A stretch of 64,000 nt of DNA from an uncultured bacterium. GTDB lineage: Bacteria; Babelota; Babeliae; Babelales; JACPOV01. The notes below the pieces were generated by a model. It saw only the letters and a program-made list of their open reading frames with translations, did not search any database and was not told the origin of the DNA. Made by a program: the position numbers and the translations under genes. Where the stretch lies: positions 128,001 to 192,000 of the forward strand of contig CAVUUR010000012.1 of the NCBI GenBank assembly GCA_963744715.1. Direction: 5' to 3'. Positions 62,598 through 64,000 of the stretch are shown here, piece after piece (within the stretch, counting starts at the first letter, position 1; every line of letters starts with the position of its first letter).

Positions 62598-64000
62598 ATG
62601 TCTGCCCATTTTACTCACCTGCATTTGCATACTGAATTTTCTTTGCTTGATGGGGCAATCAGCCTTGATCGATTAATTGCATTTGGCAAGCAGCACAGTT
62701 TTAAATCGCTGGCTATTACCGATCATGGTAATATTTTTGGTGCTGTGAAATTTTTTCAACAATGTAAAAAAGCTGGCATTAAACCCATTTTGGGCATTGA
62801 ATCCTATTTTACCGAAGATATTTCGGTAAGATCGGTTGAAAAAAAATATCATCATCTTATTTTACTGGTGCAAAATGAGATTGGTTATAAAAATTTATGT
62901 AAATTAATTTCATTTTCCTATCAACAAGGCTTTTATTTTAAACCGCGCATTGATTACCACATATTAGAAAAACATTCCGAAGGCCTTATTGCAACAACCG
63001 CTTGTTTAGGAGGCCATATTCCTTCATTACTCATGAATGATCACTATGAGCAGGCAGAAAAACGGATGGATTGGTTTTTATCCGTGTTTGGGCATGATCG
63101 ATTTTTTTTTGAAGTGCAACCAGAAGATCAACAAGAACAAGTAATGCTCAATAAAAAATTGTATGAGTGGAGTGCCAAAAAAAATATTAAACTGGTTGCC
63201 ACCGCAGATTGCCACTATGTTTTGCCGGAAGACCGTGAAGCGCATGAAGTAATGCTCGCTATTCAAACACAACACAAAATGAGTGATCCCGATCGATTTA
63301 CCTTTGGGCAATGCCGCGCCTATATGAGAACCGCCGACGAAATGCTTGAGATTTTTAAAGATCATCCAGAAGCGGTGTGGAATAGTGGCTTTATTGCTGA
63401 TCAATGCCATTTTGATTTTAAAACCGGCACCCTATTTTTTCCGCAATTTGTTATTCCTGAGCACCATACTGCTGACAGCTTTTTTACTACCTTATGTAAC
63501 GAAGGGTTCAATGCACTTGTTACGCAAGGACGCATACCATCCGAACAATGTGAAGAATACAAACACCGTCTTGAAGTAGAATGTAGTCTCATTATAACAA
63601 TGGGATTCGTTGGTTATTTTTTGGTAGTAAGTGATTTTATCCAGTGGGCAAAACGAAATGGTATTCCGGTCGGACCCGGCCGTGGCTCTGCTGCCGGTTC
63701 ATTAGTGGCCTGGTCATTACAAATAACCAATATTGACCCCATTAAATATAACCTCCTTTTTGAACGATTTCTCAATCCGGAACGGGTCACGATGCCCGAT
63801 ATCGATATCGATTTTTGTATTGAAGGTCGCGATACCGTTATTAACTACGTGCGGGATAAATACGGCCATGAAAAAGTTGGGCAAATTATTACCTTTGGTA
63901 CCATGCTTGCAAAAGGTGTTGTAAAAGATGTTGCACGCACCTTAGGAATGCCGTTTGAAGATGCCAATGGCATAACCAACCTTATTCCCGAACAATTAAA
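62598..64000 (+). CDS. dnaE: DNA polymerase III alpha subunit, 3' end outside window
   Basis: Absent from the ORF track (no stop in window); MSAHFTHLHLHTEFSLLDGA, AITDHGN, VGPGRGSAAGS, FERFLNPERVTMPDIDIDF in one frame. Confidence 0.98.
   Translation, partial: MSAHFTHLHLHTEFSLLDGAISLDRLIAFGKQHSFKSLAITDHGNIFGAVKFFQQCKKAGIKPILGIESYFTEDISVRSVEKKYHHLILLVQNEIGYKNLCKLISFSYQQGFYFKPRIDYHILEKHSEGLIATTACLGGHIPSLLMNDHYEQAEKRMDWFLSVFGHDRFFFEVQPEDQQEQVMLNKKLYEWSAKKNIKLVATADCHYVLPEDREAHEVMLAIQTQHKMSDPDRFTFGQCRAYMRTADEMLEIFKDHPEAVWNSGFIADQCHFDFKTGTLFFPQFVIPEHHTADSFFTTLCNEGFNALVTQGRIPSEQCEEYKHRLEVECSLIITMGFVGYFLVVSDFIQWAKRNGIPVGPGRGSAAGSLVAWSLQITNIDPIKYNLLFERFLNPERVTMPDIDIDFCIEGRDTVINYVRDKYGHEKVGQIITFGTMLAKGVVKDVARTLGMPFEDANGITNLIPEQL

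Noticed and set aside
62673..63924. Short ORFs listed at the right end of the track
   Set aside because: They overlap the dnaE frame starting at 62598, which the track omitted because it has no stop in the window.

Overview
AT-rich bacterial chromosome segment. Gene content suggests a host-dependent intracellular bacterium, probably Dependentiae/TM6 (Babeliae); this is an inference from the many signal-peptide hypotheticals, eukaryote-like F-box/BC-box/WD40/LRR proteins, dimeric GlyRS and S74-domain fibres, not a database result. The housekeeping backbone comprises dnaK (5'-truncated), parA, ychF, hspR, maf, dnaA, three peptidoglycan/peptide hydrolases, pssA, add, tlyA, an HtrA-like protease, glyQS, ktrBA, dnaE (3'-truncated) and two tRNA-Arg genes (CCT, TCG). 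Interleaved accessory material is the main interest. (i) A six-copy secreted protein family has a divergent core and, in five copies, a C-terminal F-box-like motif. (ii) A tandem array at 48.8-53.3 kb has paralog pairs whose putative ubiquitin-ligase adaptor motifs are DNA-identical or nearly so, while the rest diverges mostly by amino-acid-changing substitutions. (iii) Two giant repeat-built, signal-peptide fibre proteins end in Peptidase_S74 chaperone domains. (iv) A glycosylation locus encodes signal-peptide enzymes and a Cys-rich, degenerate, frameshift-split TPR/GT9-like gene. (v) Palindromic repeats are fused to a tRNA 3' end. No CRISPR, integrase, transposase, reverse transcriptase or rRNA was seen.
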